Part shown: piece by piece, positions 27,130 through 40,721 of the stretch
How the letters are laid out: each line of letters starts with the position of its first letter
Numbering within the stretch: position 1 is the stretch's first letter
Source: Eledone cirrhosa
Lineage: Eukaryota
DNA length: 64,000 nucleotides
Reading direction: 5' to 3'
NCBI GenBank assembly: GCA_964016885.1
Contig: OZ024740.1
Coordinates: 150,846,001-150,910,000, forward strand
Made by a program: the position numbers and the translations under genes
The notes under the pieces: generated by a model
Database searches by the model: none
Seen by the model: only the letters and a program-made list of their open reading frames with translations
What the model was told of the DNA's origin: nothing

Positions 27130-29660
27130 TGTTTTTCAGGAGGATATCATGTGTCTTCATTTTATATTTAGATGTGATTGTTTAGCTGAATCGTTAACGT
27201 GACCAGAATATGTCTGGAGAGCGATAAAAAATAACTACAAATTGTAGTGCATGCCATGCTTCTGCTAAGGGTTTTAAGTGCCCCTGTCGTTGCGAGCAGA
27301 CACAGATACCCCCACTTGGTCCATGAAATGATGGAATATTTAGTGTTTATTTCGGGTGATACATTGTCTAGTGATAACTTGGTTATCCTCTGCCACTTAC
27401 AAAGCGGAAGTACTACATTCTCCTCGGGGAGCTTGTTTATCTGGCTATTTTCCAAACTTACTGTCCAGGTGCTGTTGGGGATTGACCACCACATTAAGGG
27501 TTCCCATGTCATTGGGGAAGCTCGCCCTAATACTTTAGTAGGCATCTAGCGATATTCGCTGGGGCTTTAAAAGTATTGGTGTCGAAAATCATCCCCTCTC
27601 AATGTAGTTAATTCGTACTATTAGTGCCATCAATTGTACGTTGACTCTCCTCATTAAAACGAAGTTTAGTGTCTGTGTGGTAAATTGTTATTGTAATGTC
27701 TCATTTTATTTTGTAGCGCTGGGTGTCTTTGTGGTTGTGTTGGTTGGGTTGGTGTTGTAGTAGCTGTGTCTGTATATGTTTTGGAACGCTGCTGGCTCTT
27801 TTTTGTTTTCTTGTTATGTTTCACTTTTGTTTTGGCTTTTCGGCTTTCCCCCACTTCCTCTCTGCAAGAAAGGGATATTTCTGTATCTAAGTCTTTTGAC
27901 TCAGATGTGTGTTGTGGTGGGAGTGAGAGACTGAAGGTGTGTGTGTGTGCTTTGACTAGGCAAAGAGGGAGAGTTATGTTGGTATTCCTCCTGCGTGGTT
28001 TTTAAAGTTTCTGTTGTTGCTGGTGGCGGCTCTTTTGCTGCTTTATGTGGTCTCGTTGATGTATCTAATGATACTTGTGTAAGTGCGGCTGTTGTTGCTT
28101 TTTGCTACTGCTTTAGTTGTTTTAGTTGTTGGGTTCTTGGTGTCGGCGGTAATGGGCCCGGTTGTTCCCATTGTTCCGTTGAGGAGAAAAAGCTGTCAAG
28201 TGGGTACTTTTGCCACATAGACGACAATGTGACCTTTTGATCTCAATGACAACATGCAGGTCCATCCCACCAGGAAGGCGAATTAAGTCTGGGATCTTGT
28301 CTACTTTTTTTAGTTTTATATAGAGGAGTACCTCAAAGGTGACCCAAGACCAGTGTTCTCTGCGTGTTTGGTTTCTTTCCAGGAATGTATAATTTACTTC
28401 CAGGCCCGCACATGCCTGGATCCGCCAGATATTCACCTCTGGTGGGATCCCTTACTGTTCCTCCTCCCTAAATAAGAAGGGAAAAGAACATAGTTTTATT
28501 TCTACAGGGAACCATCGAGCACTGAAATACCCACATACTGACTGGCTCTTGAAATATGGTCTATGTCGAGCATGATGTATTTCAATGCACTTTCCTTTTT
28601 GGCTTGTGGTAGCTGGCTCCGGTCATCTCGTTTTTATGGAAATAGATTTAAAAATTAGGGTTTTCTAATTCGGCACATACATTTTTTATTATTACTTTGG
28701 ATGCTTGGGCCAAATATTGATCATTCTCTGTAATGTTCATTTCGAAACATTTTGTTGCTTTCGCAACTGTTGCTGCAAGTATATAGCTATCGTTGGTGTT
28801 GTTGTTGCTATTGTTGTTGTTGCTATTCTTGTTCATGTTGATGTTGTAGTTGTTGCCATTTTTGTTAACGTTCTTGTCTGTGTTACAGTTACATGTTTTG
28901 TTGTTTTTGTCGTGGTGAAGTTGTTGGTGTTAGAATTAGTGTTGTCCTTGTTTTTTGTTCTGTTCCTTTCATTAATTATTAATTTAGTGGTGGTGTTGAT
29001 AGTGCTAAATTAAGAATTGTGTCTTATTTTTCTCGTGCTGTTGTTGATGTTGATGATGATATTGTTGCTGTTGTTGTTATTGTCGTTGCCTTTGTTACTG
29101 CTGCTGCTGTTTTTATTGTCCTTGCCGTTGTTGATGTTGTTGTCGCCGTTAATGTTGTTGTTTTTGTCGTTGATGTTGCTATTGTTTTTGTTGTCGTTGT
29201 TGCTGCAGCTGCTCCTTTTGTTGTCGTTGCTGCTGCTTCTGCTGTTTTGTTGTTGTTTTTATTGCTGTTGTTGGTGACGCTGCTTTTCTTGGTGATGTAT
29301 TTAGTGATGGTAGTGACAGTAGTGGTGGTGGTGACATTCTACTATTACACTTTAGAATGCAGTCACAATTTTTGTCACGAAATACGCTTTTCTCGAGAAA
29401 CATTTTGCTTAACTGGCTGAATGTGAAGAGGGCTGTAACACCTCCCCACCAAAAAAATAAAAATAAAATAAAAATTATGGGTGGGAATTTTAGATACAAA
29501 GTTCATATATTTGGGATAAAGACCTAGATATTATAGAGTCTCCCTTCCTCAGGGCAAAAACTGATGTCTATGTACCCCTTTGCAATTGAAAATTATAACA
29601 AAATACCAATTTAAATAGGTGAAAACAAACAAAATTATGTGAGAGATCTTCAAAACGTTT
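27130..29660 (-). mobile_element. Old degenerate Tx1-like LINE 5' half (5'UTR and ORF1)
   Basis: KIPDLIRLPGGMDLHVVIEIKRSHCRLCGKSTHLTAF matches EIPEVIDLTDGSHLTVIVEGRRPRCVVCGEGTHLRAF of the ORF1 at 54 kb. The 5'UTR near 29500-29550 resembles 55420-55470. Confidence 0.7.
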
Positions 29661-31942
29661 TAACAAACGAACGAACAAAGTGATGATGATGATGATGATG
29701 ATGATGGTGAAGGCTATGATGATGATAATAGTAGTACTGGTGATGGTGATGATGAAGTTGTGGTTGAGCTCGTCAAATAAGCTTAAGTGATATTCTTTGA
29801 ACCTCTCCTATCACGTGATTATAAAGTGCCACTCTCATTTATTCATTAATGAACGTTTAGTTAAATACTTTTGGCTTCTTCGATTATTTCATTAATAGGA
29901 TCAGTATAATGACATCACATTAAATGTTATCAATATTGAATCTGCTTAACAATGGTTAATTCGACCTCCACCAATACTCTAGCCGTCTTCCACTTAAAAC
30001 AAATTCCTCATCGGAATTGAATAGGACCATATAAATTATCCACTCCCTAAAAGTGGTCGAATTTATTCAATAGGATTCGAACTCCAGCGGCGAAATCAAT
30101 CAAGCAATCATTTGATCAATTATACACTCAATCAACAATCATTCAATCAGTCAATTAAGTAAGCACGCAATCTTTCAATTAATCTATTGATTAATAAGTC
30201 AATCATTCACTTAACTATCTCTTATCAATGAATGAATGAATCGATTAATCAATCATGCATTCTTCAAAATTTGTTGCATTTATATTAAGACTGGGGATTC
30301 TCGGAATCATTACAGATTAAGATCGATTACTTTGCGGTATTCTTTCCGGGTTTCGTCGTTTTGAGTTAAAATCCCGTCGAGGTCAACTTTACTTTTCATC
30401 CCTTCTTAGCTTAATAAAGAAATGTCAGCCCAATATTGGAGCTGCTTTCTCTTTCTCTCTCCTCACCCTCTCTCTCTCTCTCATTCTCTGTGAAATCGGC
30501 TGTCATCTGACGTGGAGACAGATCGACTCCCTCATATCTATTTAACAGTGCCACTATGATTCGATCAGGAGTTGATAACTGAAGACATGGCAAAGCACAT
30601 CTAACGTTGCAGCGTAAAAGCATTTGCGAAAAACATGCTTCAAAATATCCAATAACAAAAAAGTGAGTTAAATTTAATATGAGGAAGAATATCTTGAAAG
30701 ATTATTTTGTAAGTAATGCCTGTAAAATTTATTGATCATTGCCTCATAAAATTAATTAATAAGAAATGTTCATAGTTTCAGGTGTCTAGGCACGGTTCAC
30801 ATAAACAACACACCGACTCCATCCACTCATAATTATGAACAATTGATCATGCAAAAGTCGTAGTCTTCAAAAAACAATTAACACGACAAAAATAAAAATA
30901 ATCTAAATAAAGAGCCAGTTTCAAAAATAAAGTCGGAAAAGCATACGCGGACACGAGAGGTAGTTTTGTTTAAAGCTTGATTCTAACCAAAGCTACAAAA
31001 GTTTGAAAATGTTCTCATATACAATTTGGAGTGAAATGACCATCATATAAACACAACGTTAGATGACACCACACTAATTTATTTAAGGAGATGCATTTTC
31101 AAATTCCTGAAATATTAGTAATAGAAACAAAACATTTAAAAGGAAAGTATAAATAAAGGAAAGGGAAATAGCAAACTCAAAACAAACAACAGAAATCAGA
31201 ACGTGAATCACGAAAATAAACTTAACACGTGCAAAAGAAAATCACAAAAAACACAACAGCTTAAAGCGTTAAAATACTTGCAGAACACTGATTAACTAAA
31301 TTCCAGCCAGAGCAACTAAAAAACATAAGAATAAAAGTGGCATTCAAAAGGTTTGTAGAATAGAAAATGCTGAAGATAAAAATCCTAGACATCACAATCT
31401 AAAAGTGGAAATATTAACAGAATTCAAATCAATAAGAAATCTTCCTGTAGATCAAAGAATGATCCTGGCAAGGATGAAACTCAACGATGAGATGCAACAT
31501 TAAAAAACGTAAACCCTTCTATCGCACACATCATATTTGTAGACACAAACATCAATATCTTCATATCAAAACGAAATGATATATGCAGGAGCTACAGTAG
31601 TTATAAAGGAATCAGAGTATATTCGTTCGGTTCTATTCATGTAGAAATATTTAATTCAAAGCAATTTGCACGGAAGATAAAATTGTAGAAAAAGTGAAAA
31701 ATGAAACAAAAATTTGAGAGTTCAAGCATTTGTTTAGTGCCAATTGTGTTTTCCCGTGGTGATATGCCACATATATAAAATCATTTTATGCCATTAGTGA
31801 GTATAGACAGGGGGTGTCATTAGAGTTTAATTGTAACTATAACGGCTCTAAGCGTTCACCTAATATATCCCTTTCATATACTGTACCGATTGTGTTGTTA
31901 TTTCTGTTTACCTTTTACACACACACACACACACTCTATCAC

Positions 31943-32101
<159 letters not shown>

Positions 32102-32378
32102 CGGTATGTGCGCATTTCTTCTAAGTTTAATTTTACTACTAATTACGTACGGTTGACGATATATTTGATCGGATTCTGCATGCTGCTGAAGTGTTTGATA
32201 AATAATGGAACGGAGTTAACGCGAACTAGCTGCGATCAATTATTTGTCGGAGATTTCCCCGTTAGAAAATTTACTCTTAAAGCTTGCTGGATTTGATTAT
32301 GTATATGGTTAATTATGCTGATTAGAGGAAGAAATAGTATATATTTTAATATCTGATTGATTCTATAGACATGTTTTA

Positions 32379-32453
<75 letters not shown>

Positions 32454-32695
32454 AGTAGTTCCACAACAGTTGTTCACCATACCGAGAACAAATGTTTCAC
32501 CTTATTCGGAGACTCAGTATAAATAAAGAAAAGGGAAATAGTAAACTCAAAACAAACTGAGCTGAGGATTTGAATAAGGTGAAACATTTGTTCTCGGTAT
32601 GGTGAACTAACTGTTGTGAAACTACTACTACCAAACTCGTTCCATGGACTGAGTGCTCTACTACTACGGATATAACTTACCAGTGTTCTACTATA
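32454..32695 (+). mobile_element. Solo PLE pLTR with inverted partial copy and hammerhead motif at 32559-32595
   Basis: 32454-32507 is inverted to 32573-32626. Motif GAG-CTGAGGA...GAAA-CATTTG-TT-CTC. Homologous to the reverse complement of 38600-38735. Confidence 0.75.
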
Positions 32696-32706
32696 TCACA
32701 CAGACA

Positions 32707-32765
<59 letters not shown>

Positions 32766-32879
32766 CACGTCCGAAATGAAAGGATATCTAAATAAAAATA
32801 ATTCGCCTTTATAAAAAGCGGGTGACATATTGAAGTAACAAATGTAAGGGAACTCGAGCTAACAAAAACCTTTAAATGC

Positions 32880-33760
32880 AATGAACTAGACAGACTATAA
32901 CTTCCGCAAATGAAAGAAAAGATTAGTTCTAGATTAATACATAAAACAACTTAAATCATAAAAGATAATAAACATCATTACACACACTCTCCCATTGAGA
33001 ATTTATAGGTCCAACATTCTTAATTGGATGCTAATATTAGACAGAAAAGGAAGAAAAATGACTTTATTTATAATACACCTCACAAAGTCTAACATAAAAG
33101 GTATATTTACCATGAATACAGGGAGTTTCTGCAATTAAATAAAACTGTTTTAAGATAATCAATATAGGACTAGAAAAATATCTGGTTAAAACCAATAGAA
33201 AACTAAGGCAAAAAACTCGAAAATAGCGACAAAGCAAAACAGTCCCCGTATTCTGTCTTCATTGGCAGCAACAAATACAAAACACGGGCTGGGGTTTCAG
33301 GCAGTTGTTACGGTAAAAAATAACATTAAGAGAAACTGAAAAAATAAAGCTAAAACTAAGAGGTTCTTGAAAATCTTCACAAAGACAAATCGCAGCACGC
33401 GCTGGAGTGAGGGATAGGATTCAAATTTGAAACTGAAGGATTCTTGATTAAAGTTGTGAAATGCCTTCCAACATATATTACGCAAAACACACTACATTAA
33501 GTAACTGCAGAATATTTGCAGGATGGGATGAAACAATTAATCACATTGTCCTAGGAAGTGAAGAGTCTCTTAATTTGTGTACTATTTCTAACAAACAATA
33601 ATGTATTTCTAAATAAATAGACAATATCGAAAAACAAAGATCGGGATATAGAGATAATAGGAATGAAAACAATCCCTATGTATTTAAACCCTGAAGCAAA
33701 CATCTTTAACATATATTGGTTGTGAGCCTAAGATTAGAGGTGTCAAATATATCTGGTAAT
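32880..33760 (+). mobile_element. R4/Dong-clade LINE remnant (may extend upstream to ~30650)
   Basis: DRKGRK, ETEGFLI..CLPT, NCRI..DETINHIVLG resemble the R4/Dong post-RT and zinc-finger region. Confidence 0.55.
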
Positions 33761-35888
33761 AAATTTTCAACCCTGCGATGTAGATATAAAATGAAATCTT
33801 ACAAAATATTCAGTATTATATCTATTATGTATTTAATAACAAAAACCCAGAAGAAAAAAATCTTATAGGAATGTATTCTCAGTTAAATAGGTTACAGTAG
33901 ATTATTTTTGTTGCTTATTTCATTGATTCCAAATGGGTGGTGTGCAAAGTCAACTGAGGCAAGAGGTATCCACAGAATGTAGATGGTGCGAAACTAAATG
34001 ATGTTCCTATCAACTTACATAAGGAAGTAAAATGCAAAAATATTATGGGTTTGAATGCAACGACGGAGCCATATTTTTAACATTTCGAGCAGAATTCCTC
34101 TTTAGAAAAGACATTTGTATTGGACAAGAAGGGACCCCGTAAGAAATATTAGAATTTATATTCCTACTAGGGAACAAAAACCTATTCTAACTTATTCCAT
34201 GCCAGCAAGGGAGTTTCTATGTTGGCATTCCACCTTCCAGAACAGCCACATGGTATTCAAATTTCACCTTGACATTTAAAAACGGAATAACATATTACAT
34301 AATAGAATCCGATATGCATTATGTATAGAAAAAAGTTGCCATGGTCGCTGACATGAGGCAAAAGAATATAAAGGTATTTGTGAATTATATGAACTGGGTA
34401 AAATCCTGTTGTCTTTATCTAGATATAGAAGCCATCTGATTTCGTGTAAAAGTCGATGTTTGTTGGCTGGTGTTGCTTGAGGTCAGTAAAGATTCCTGAA
34501 GTGGAAAAAAGTTATAAAGTTATATTCTCTATCACTTGATTTTCCAACGCTTTATCGATCTTAAATGGTGGCTGCAATATTAATGGAGGTCGAAAATAAA
34601 AAGGAAGACAAATAAAAGAAAATAAATTTAACGAAACAAATAGAGAAAATAAAAAGAACAAACAAACTTTCAAACAAAGTGTTACAGTTCTACACGTTTT
34701 ATTTTTTACCTCCTTCCCACTTTTAATCATAAGCTTCTTCAAAGGTTTTCTTTAAAGTTTAAGGTGTCTTTCTCAGTACACATATGCATCCCTTTAAACA
34801 TTGAGTAAAAGGTCGATCGATCTGAGGGAGTGTGAAGATCAATGTTTTAAATTGATTCGCATGTTCACTGATTTTACAATCTGATCAATTATCTTCCGAA
34901 TGATATCGATTATAATTATTTTTTTTATTAAGAGAAATAAAACGAGAAAAAGCGTTAGAAATAGAAATAGTGGTACGGAGTGATGAAATTAAAGAGGGAG
35001 AAATTCTCGCCATTTTTTACAAATTATTTTTTCGTTTCTATCTTGACGTTTAGGTGTGATTGTTAAAATCCTTACTGTAAAATTTGCCTTGTAGTTCTTA
35101 GCAATCAGTCGGTCAGGTCAAAGTACCTAACACCACCATCAGCATTACTCCAAACACTACCAATAGTATCACATCTTCTCTAGTACACCAATAACACAGC
35201 CTCATAAACAAAACATTTCCACCAGCAGTATAAATACCATCATCAACGCAACTACAGAATTCACCACCAACATCAATATCTTCACTAATACCAATGCAAA
35301 GAAGATTGATACAAATACTACCCCCCCCATTAACACGAGCATCACTAGAAGTACCACCACGACTAGTAACAACACGCCATTACCTCTACTATTACCACAA
35401 GCAGCAACAGCACAAAGAATAATTCTAACACAGAATCATAAGCTCAAACAGGAATACCTTGAACGTAACAAACAACAGCCCCAAAACTAACTCTCTGCCA
35501 TCACATTCCCGCTCATTATCAACACCAATACCAAATGTATCAACACCAAATATTAACCAACATCAACGCACCACAGAATGTGCAAATGACGTCACTCTCA
35601 TATGCTCCACCCTCCTTGAGATATTAATGTATAATTACAACAGCATTACATAAATATCATAGGAATCTGGCACCATAACAACAGACAAAATGGAAGAAAA
35701 AAGAAAGGAAGAGTTCCTTAACTTCTGATAGACTCGTAGTGGTGGTGTAACTTGGACATTTTAAACCTGGCGGAGACAATTTCTCTAGATCTGAACACGG
35801 AGAATTTCTTCCTTTCTTCCAGGGATAGAGAGAGAGAGAGAGAGAGAGAGTGGGAGAGGGAGAGAGATAGAGAGAGAGATATAGAGAG

Positions 35889-35947
<59 letters not shown>

Positions 35948-36420
35948 GAGGGAGAGAGAGAATAAAGGTCAATACTTATTTATCGACCTCGAAAGGATGA
36001 GAATCAAAGTTGATCTCGAAGCTCGGAGAGTCGGAACAGATATCGAAGCACTTTCTTAATTTGACACTTTATCGATACTGCCATGTTTCTAACTTAGTGC
36101 GATTCCTCTCAATGTCTGTGTTTCCTTTCTTACCATCAATACATCAAGTGCAATAAAATATCACGCATAAGAACATACAAAATGCTGGGCCACAGCATTC
36201 AGACCAGTCATAGACTCACAGACATATTTAAAACAGTCGCACGTATCACATTTCGCCAAAAGAAGGAAGCAGCTACAGTGGTTTAGATGTGTCCTGGACG
36301 TCCGTCGGTTCCGACAACGAGTATGCTAGCTGATACGATCAACGGAAATTAACGTGCAAGTAGCCGTGCATTCCAGAAGTCCAATCATTTGCGTTTGAAT
36401 ATACACATTGCAAATTTCCA

Positions 36421-36530
<110 letters not shown>

Positions 36531-36620
36531 ATATATGAATACATGCATACATATATGCATAAATACATGTATGCAAGCATACATAATTACATACATACAC
36601 ACCTCGACACCTAACATGGT

Positions 36621-36829
36621 GGGGTTGATGATAGCAGCTTAAGAATTTCTCACGATCAAAAGGAAGCACAGCATGATAAATATTATATATAAACGGGATA
36701 TATATACGTTTGTTGGGTCCCAACAAGGGGGCATACATTCCCGCGTGACATGAATCGTAGAGTGATATGACTATCAAGGTGTCAGATACGTTATCAAATC
36801 TTTAATAATAAGAAACACCTGTGTCTCCT
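36621..36829 (+). ncRNA. Possible hammerhead with ~180 nt stem II insertion
   Basis: GGGG-TTGATGA ... ttaagaattt/aaatctttaa ... GAAA-CAC-ct-GTG-TC-TCCT. C3 is mutated. Confidence 0.4.
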
Positions 36830-36894
36830 TATAAGCGGACTAAACATTAGTACTACTACTGGCGACACGGGCTGATATCGTGCCTCTCTCTCTT

Positions 36895-36942
<48 letters not shown>

Positions 36943-37104
36943 GATATATATATATATCTATATATATATAGAGAGAGATTGATAGATAGATAGATATATA
37001 GATCTATGTATAAGTGTCTGTGTGTAACTGTGGTCAAGTTTTTGCTGTTTTGTTGTATGGAGTTTTAAGTTGAATAATGATCTTACTAATCTTACACACA
37101 GGCA

Positions 37105-37243
<139 letters not shown>

Positions 37244-37329
37244 TGACAGTCGATCGACTTTCGTCAAATCGGACCTAGGAAACAATGTTTCCATTGGTCT
37301 TTCCAATTGCTAATACTATCTATCGGTCG

Positions 37330-37446
37330 CAACTCCAGGTAGAAGGAGCAACGTGAAATAAAGTGTCTTGCTCAAGGACATAACGCATCGCCCGGTTCGG
37401 GAATCGAACTCACGACCTCAGGATTGTGAATCCAATTCTCTAACCA

Positions 37447-37450
<4 letters not shown>
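37330..37450 (-). mobile_element. tRNA-derived SINE 5' part
   Basis: Minus strand reads agtggttagag..gagttcgattccc..ccttgagcaagacactt. Confidence 0.7.
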
Positions 37451-37506
<56 letters not shown>

Positions 37507-37754
37507 GAAAAAGGAAAAGAATGACCTCATTTGTAGTCCTAAACAATTTAATTTTATAATGTTACAATTTTACAATTTTGTTTTGTAGATCTAGTAAGTT
37601 CTTTGTTAATTTCGGCGGTAAGTTTTTTTTAAAGATTCCTGGTTAACTTTCGGGGAGAACTTTCTCGCATTTCTGGCAATTGGCAATCTGATCTAAAGTT
37701 TCACCCACATCTCTTATATATAGAGAAACACATCACAACACAACTTTAGATCAG

Positions 37755-37895
37755 AATCGTCAGAACGTCGGATAGAATGCTTTGCGGTATTCGTTCCGGC
37801 TCTCAGCTCGCTGAGTTCAAACCCCACCGAAGTCAATTTTACCTTTCATTCTTTCGATGTCGATATGAAAGTACTAGTCTAGTACTGGGGTTGAT
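37755..37895 (+). mobile_element. tRNA/CORE-type SINE, partial
   Basis: gagttcaaacccc B box and ctttcattctttcgatgtcgat core, same family as 55645. Confidence 0.7.
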
Positions 37896-38599
37896 TCTTC
37901 CTCTATATTTCGTCCTCACTTCCTCTCAGTTTTCTATACTTCTCTGAAAGAAATCTGCTGTCTTCAAACCTGGAGAGTCATGGGCTCCGCCATCGTCAAA
38001 ATGCCGAAGAAACGCTGTATATCACTACGGCGCAACTACGACTCCACTAGGAATTACTGGACCCTACATACATACATACATACATACATTCATAGAACAA
38101 TGAGAAAACTCAACGCTAGAACAGCTGTCAATGACAGCGATGGAAGATATGTATGTGAGAAATTGTCTTGTACATTACCTTTCTTTATTTCCTTCTTCCA
38201 GCCACGGCTATGTGCCAGCATTTCAATTTTTTCTATATTTCACCTGACTGTCACCCCCTCACGGATTGTCTCTCTCTTCCGACCACTGGTCGCTGGTTTC
38301 TGTCTTTGACAACATTTGTTTGTTTTTTTGTCACTTACTGGAGAACAGCGAGGTGATCCAAGTGAAGGTATGTCCCGTTTCTCACTACGTTAATGACTTT
38401 CAAGAGTTTGGAATTCAGGTGATTGTTGATTTCAAAATACCTGAATGATATGATAGGTGAGAGAGATTCGACGGTAATTAATTGCAAGGTTAAATGCATG
38501 TTCGTGCATTTATTTTCCCTTTAGTACGTATAGGTATGCACATAAGTATGCACTCGTATATGTTGGTGAGCATGTATATATATATATATATATATATAT

Positions 38600-39960
38600 A
38601 GTGGTAGAATACTGGAAGGTAATATCCGTAGTGGTAGAGCACTCAGTCCATGGGACGAGTTAGGTAGAAATTGTTACACAACAGTTAGTTCACCATACCG
38701 AGAACAATTGTTTCACCTTAGCGGATCCTCAGCTTGTAATGGACATGGTTATACGGAACAGGAAGGACAACCGTACGAACGCGCATGCGCAGAAACCGGT
38801 CACTTCACACAGGCAATACTAAAATGCGTGCGAGAGGTGTAAGGGAGATAACTGCGAAAGTCAGAAAAGTTTTTAGTTGATAAGACAATTATGATGTTGT
38901 AATAATTCAATCCGGAGTTTTGTAGTTATGCAAGAGGTGTTTCGAGACGTGTGGTCAACGTGTGAAGAATTCATTTCTCATGTTTAGGCAATCGCTATTG
39001 CATAATCTCTTTAGAATATTTATTCGTTCATCAATACATAGTCCACACGACGGATTTCCCCAATGGCTTGGACTTAGTGATGGCTTTCCATTGAATGGAG
39101 TAGTCTATACTTGGGTCCTTGAGGGACCATACGTGGATGAACGTCTGTCCGGGTACCTAAAGGTCGACTGGTGGTTCAGGAAACGTTCCTTAAATCGGCC
39201 CTCCGCCATGCCCACATAGGATTTGACCTCCTGTGGTTAGTTTGGTCGGTTGGAAGAGACCACAGCTTCATAAATTACAGCGGGTGTGTTGCATTGCTGT
39301 TGAAAGGGACAAGCTTCGGGCTTATGGCAAGAGCACCCTGGTGGGGTGTTGCTCCTAGGGCTGCTGCTGGTGTGGGCCTTCATGTTCTTACCGCAGGAGT
39401 ATCCTAGTTTTACTTTGTGTCGGTTAAAGGTGGAGCGGTATTTATGACCTATGGGTAAGCGTCTATCTAAGTGGGCTAGAAATGTTTTGCCGACATTGGT
39501 TTTAACGTGGAGTGAGAAGGGAGGAGAGAACCAGATGGTTTGTCTATTGTTACGCTTTCTTTTCTTATTGCTCTTTGTCCAATGTATTCTTCATGGCAAC
39601 CCTTACATATTAAATTTGCTGAGTTGCACGAGAAGTCTTTTCTAATTTTGAAAATGGGACCTGCTTTAAAGAGGAATTTGTTGCCTTCCAATAGATAATT
39701 CCACACCTCGTAGTAAGGTCTTCTGCATCTTTTGACTCCAGGCTCTTTAATTCTGGTTGGCAGCTTGTCATTTGTTGGTACCTTTTTAAGGAAATTAGGT
39801 ATATCTAAAATTTTGCATTACACACCTACCTATTACGTTTTGCAGTACATTGATTTCAAGGTCATCACTGGTATCGCTATTCCACGGTTTTTTCACCACC
39901 GTGTACTATCAGAAGTAATGGTCGTACTTAGATCTCGAAACCTAAGGTAGGGCAATACAT
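38600..39960 (-). mobile_element. Degenerate PLE 3' part (GIY-YIG remnant and pLTR with hammerhead at 38700-38735)
   Basis: FKIRKDFSCNSANLICKGCHEEYIGQ. Minus strand reads CTGAGGA-tccgctaaggt-GAAA-CAATTG-TT. Confidence 0.7.
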
Positions 39961-40066
39961 GTTACATCTATGAATCTTAATAAATACTAAAATGACCCTT
40001 TTGCACTATATTGAACAACTTTTCCTTATTCCTTCACACGAATATATTTGCTGCACACATACATAC

Positions 40067-40127
<61 letters not shown>

Positions 40128-40271
40128 ACACACCACACACACTTAAACACACTCATACACACCCACAAACATACTCGCACACACACACACACATGTATAT
40201 ACGTATACATACATATGCACTTCCTGCTTAACAATAATCCCCAATTCATCAGCAATAATATATATAATATA

Positions 40272-40339
<68 letters not shown>

Positions 40340-40585
40340 TACATAGTCTCTATATAGTATGCTAATCCCCAGTCTCATTCATCTGTTGTCACGAAGTCAG
40401 TCATTTTTTAGGCTTAATTAATTTTCATGTTTAACAAGTGTATATAATTTTTGTATCTGTCACTAGCGGGATTGAAGGTTATTGATGATACCATCTCCCC
40501 CACCACCAATTACCCCTCACTCTTCCTCTATACCATCATCATATGCTCACTCCATTCTGACTCCCCCTCCTCCTCCACATCCTAG

Positions 40586-40587
<2 letters not shown>

Positions 40588-40655
<68 letters not shown>

Positions 40656-40658
40656 GCC

Positions 40659-40717
<59 letters not shown>
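40588..40717. repeat. (ACT)n microsatellite at the end of the LINE train
   Basis: Seen directly in the sequence. Confidence 0.95.
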
Positions 40718-40719
<2 letters not shown>

Positions 40720-40721
40720 TT

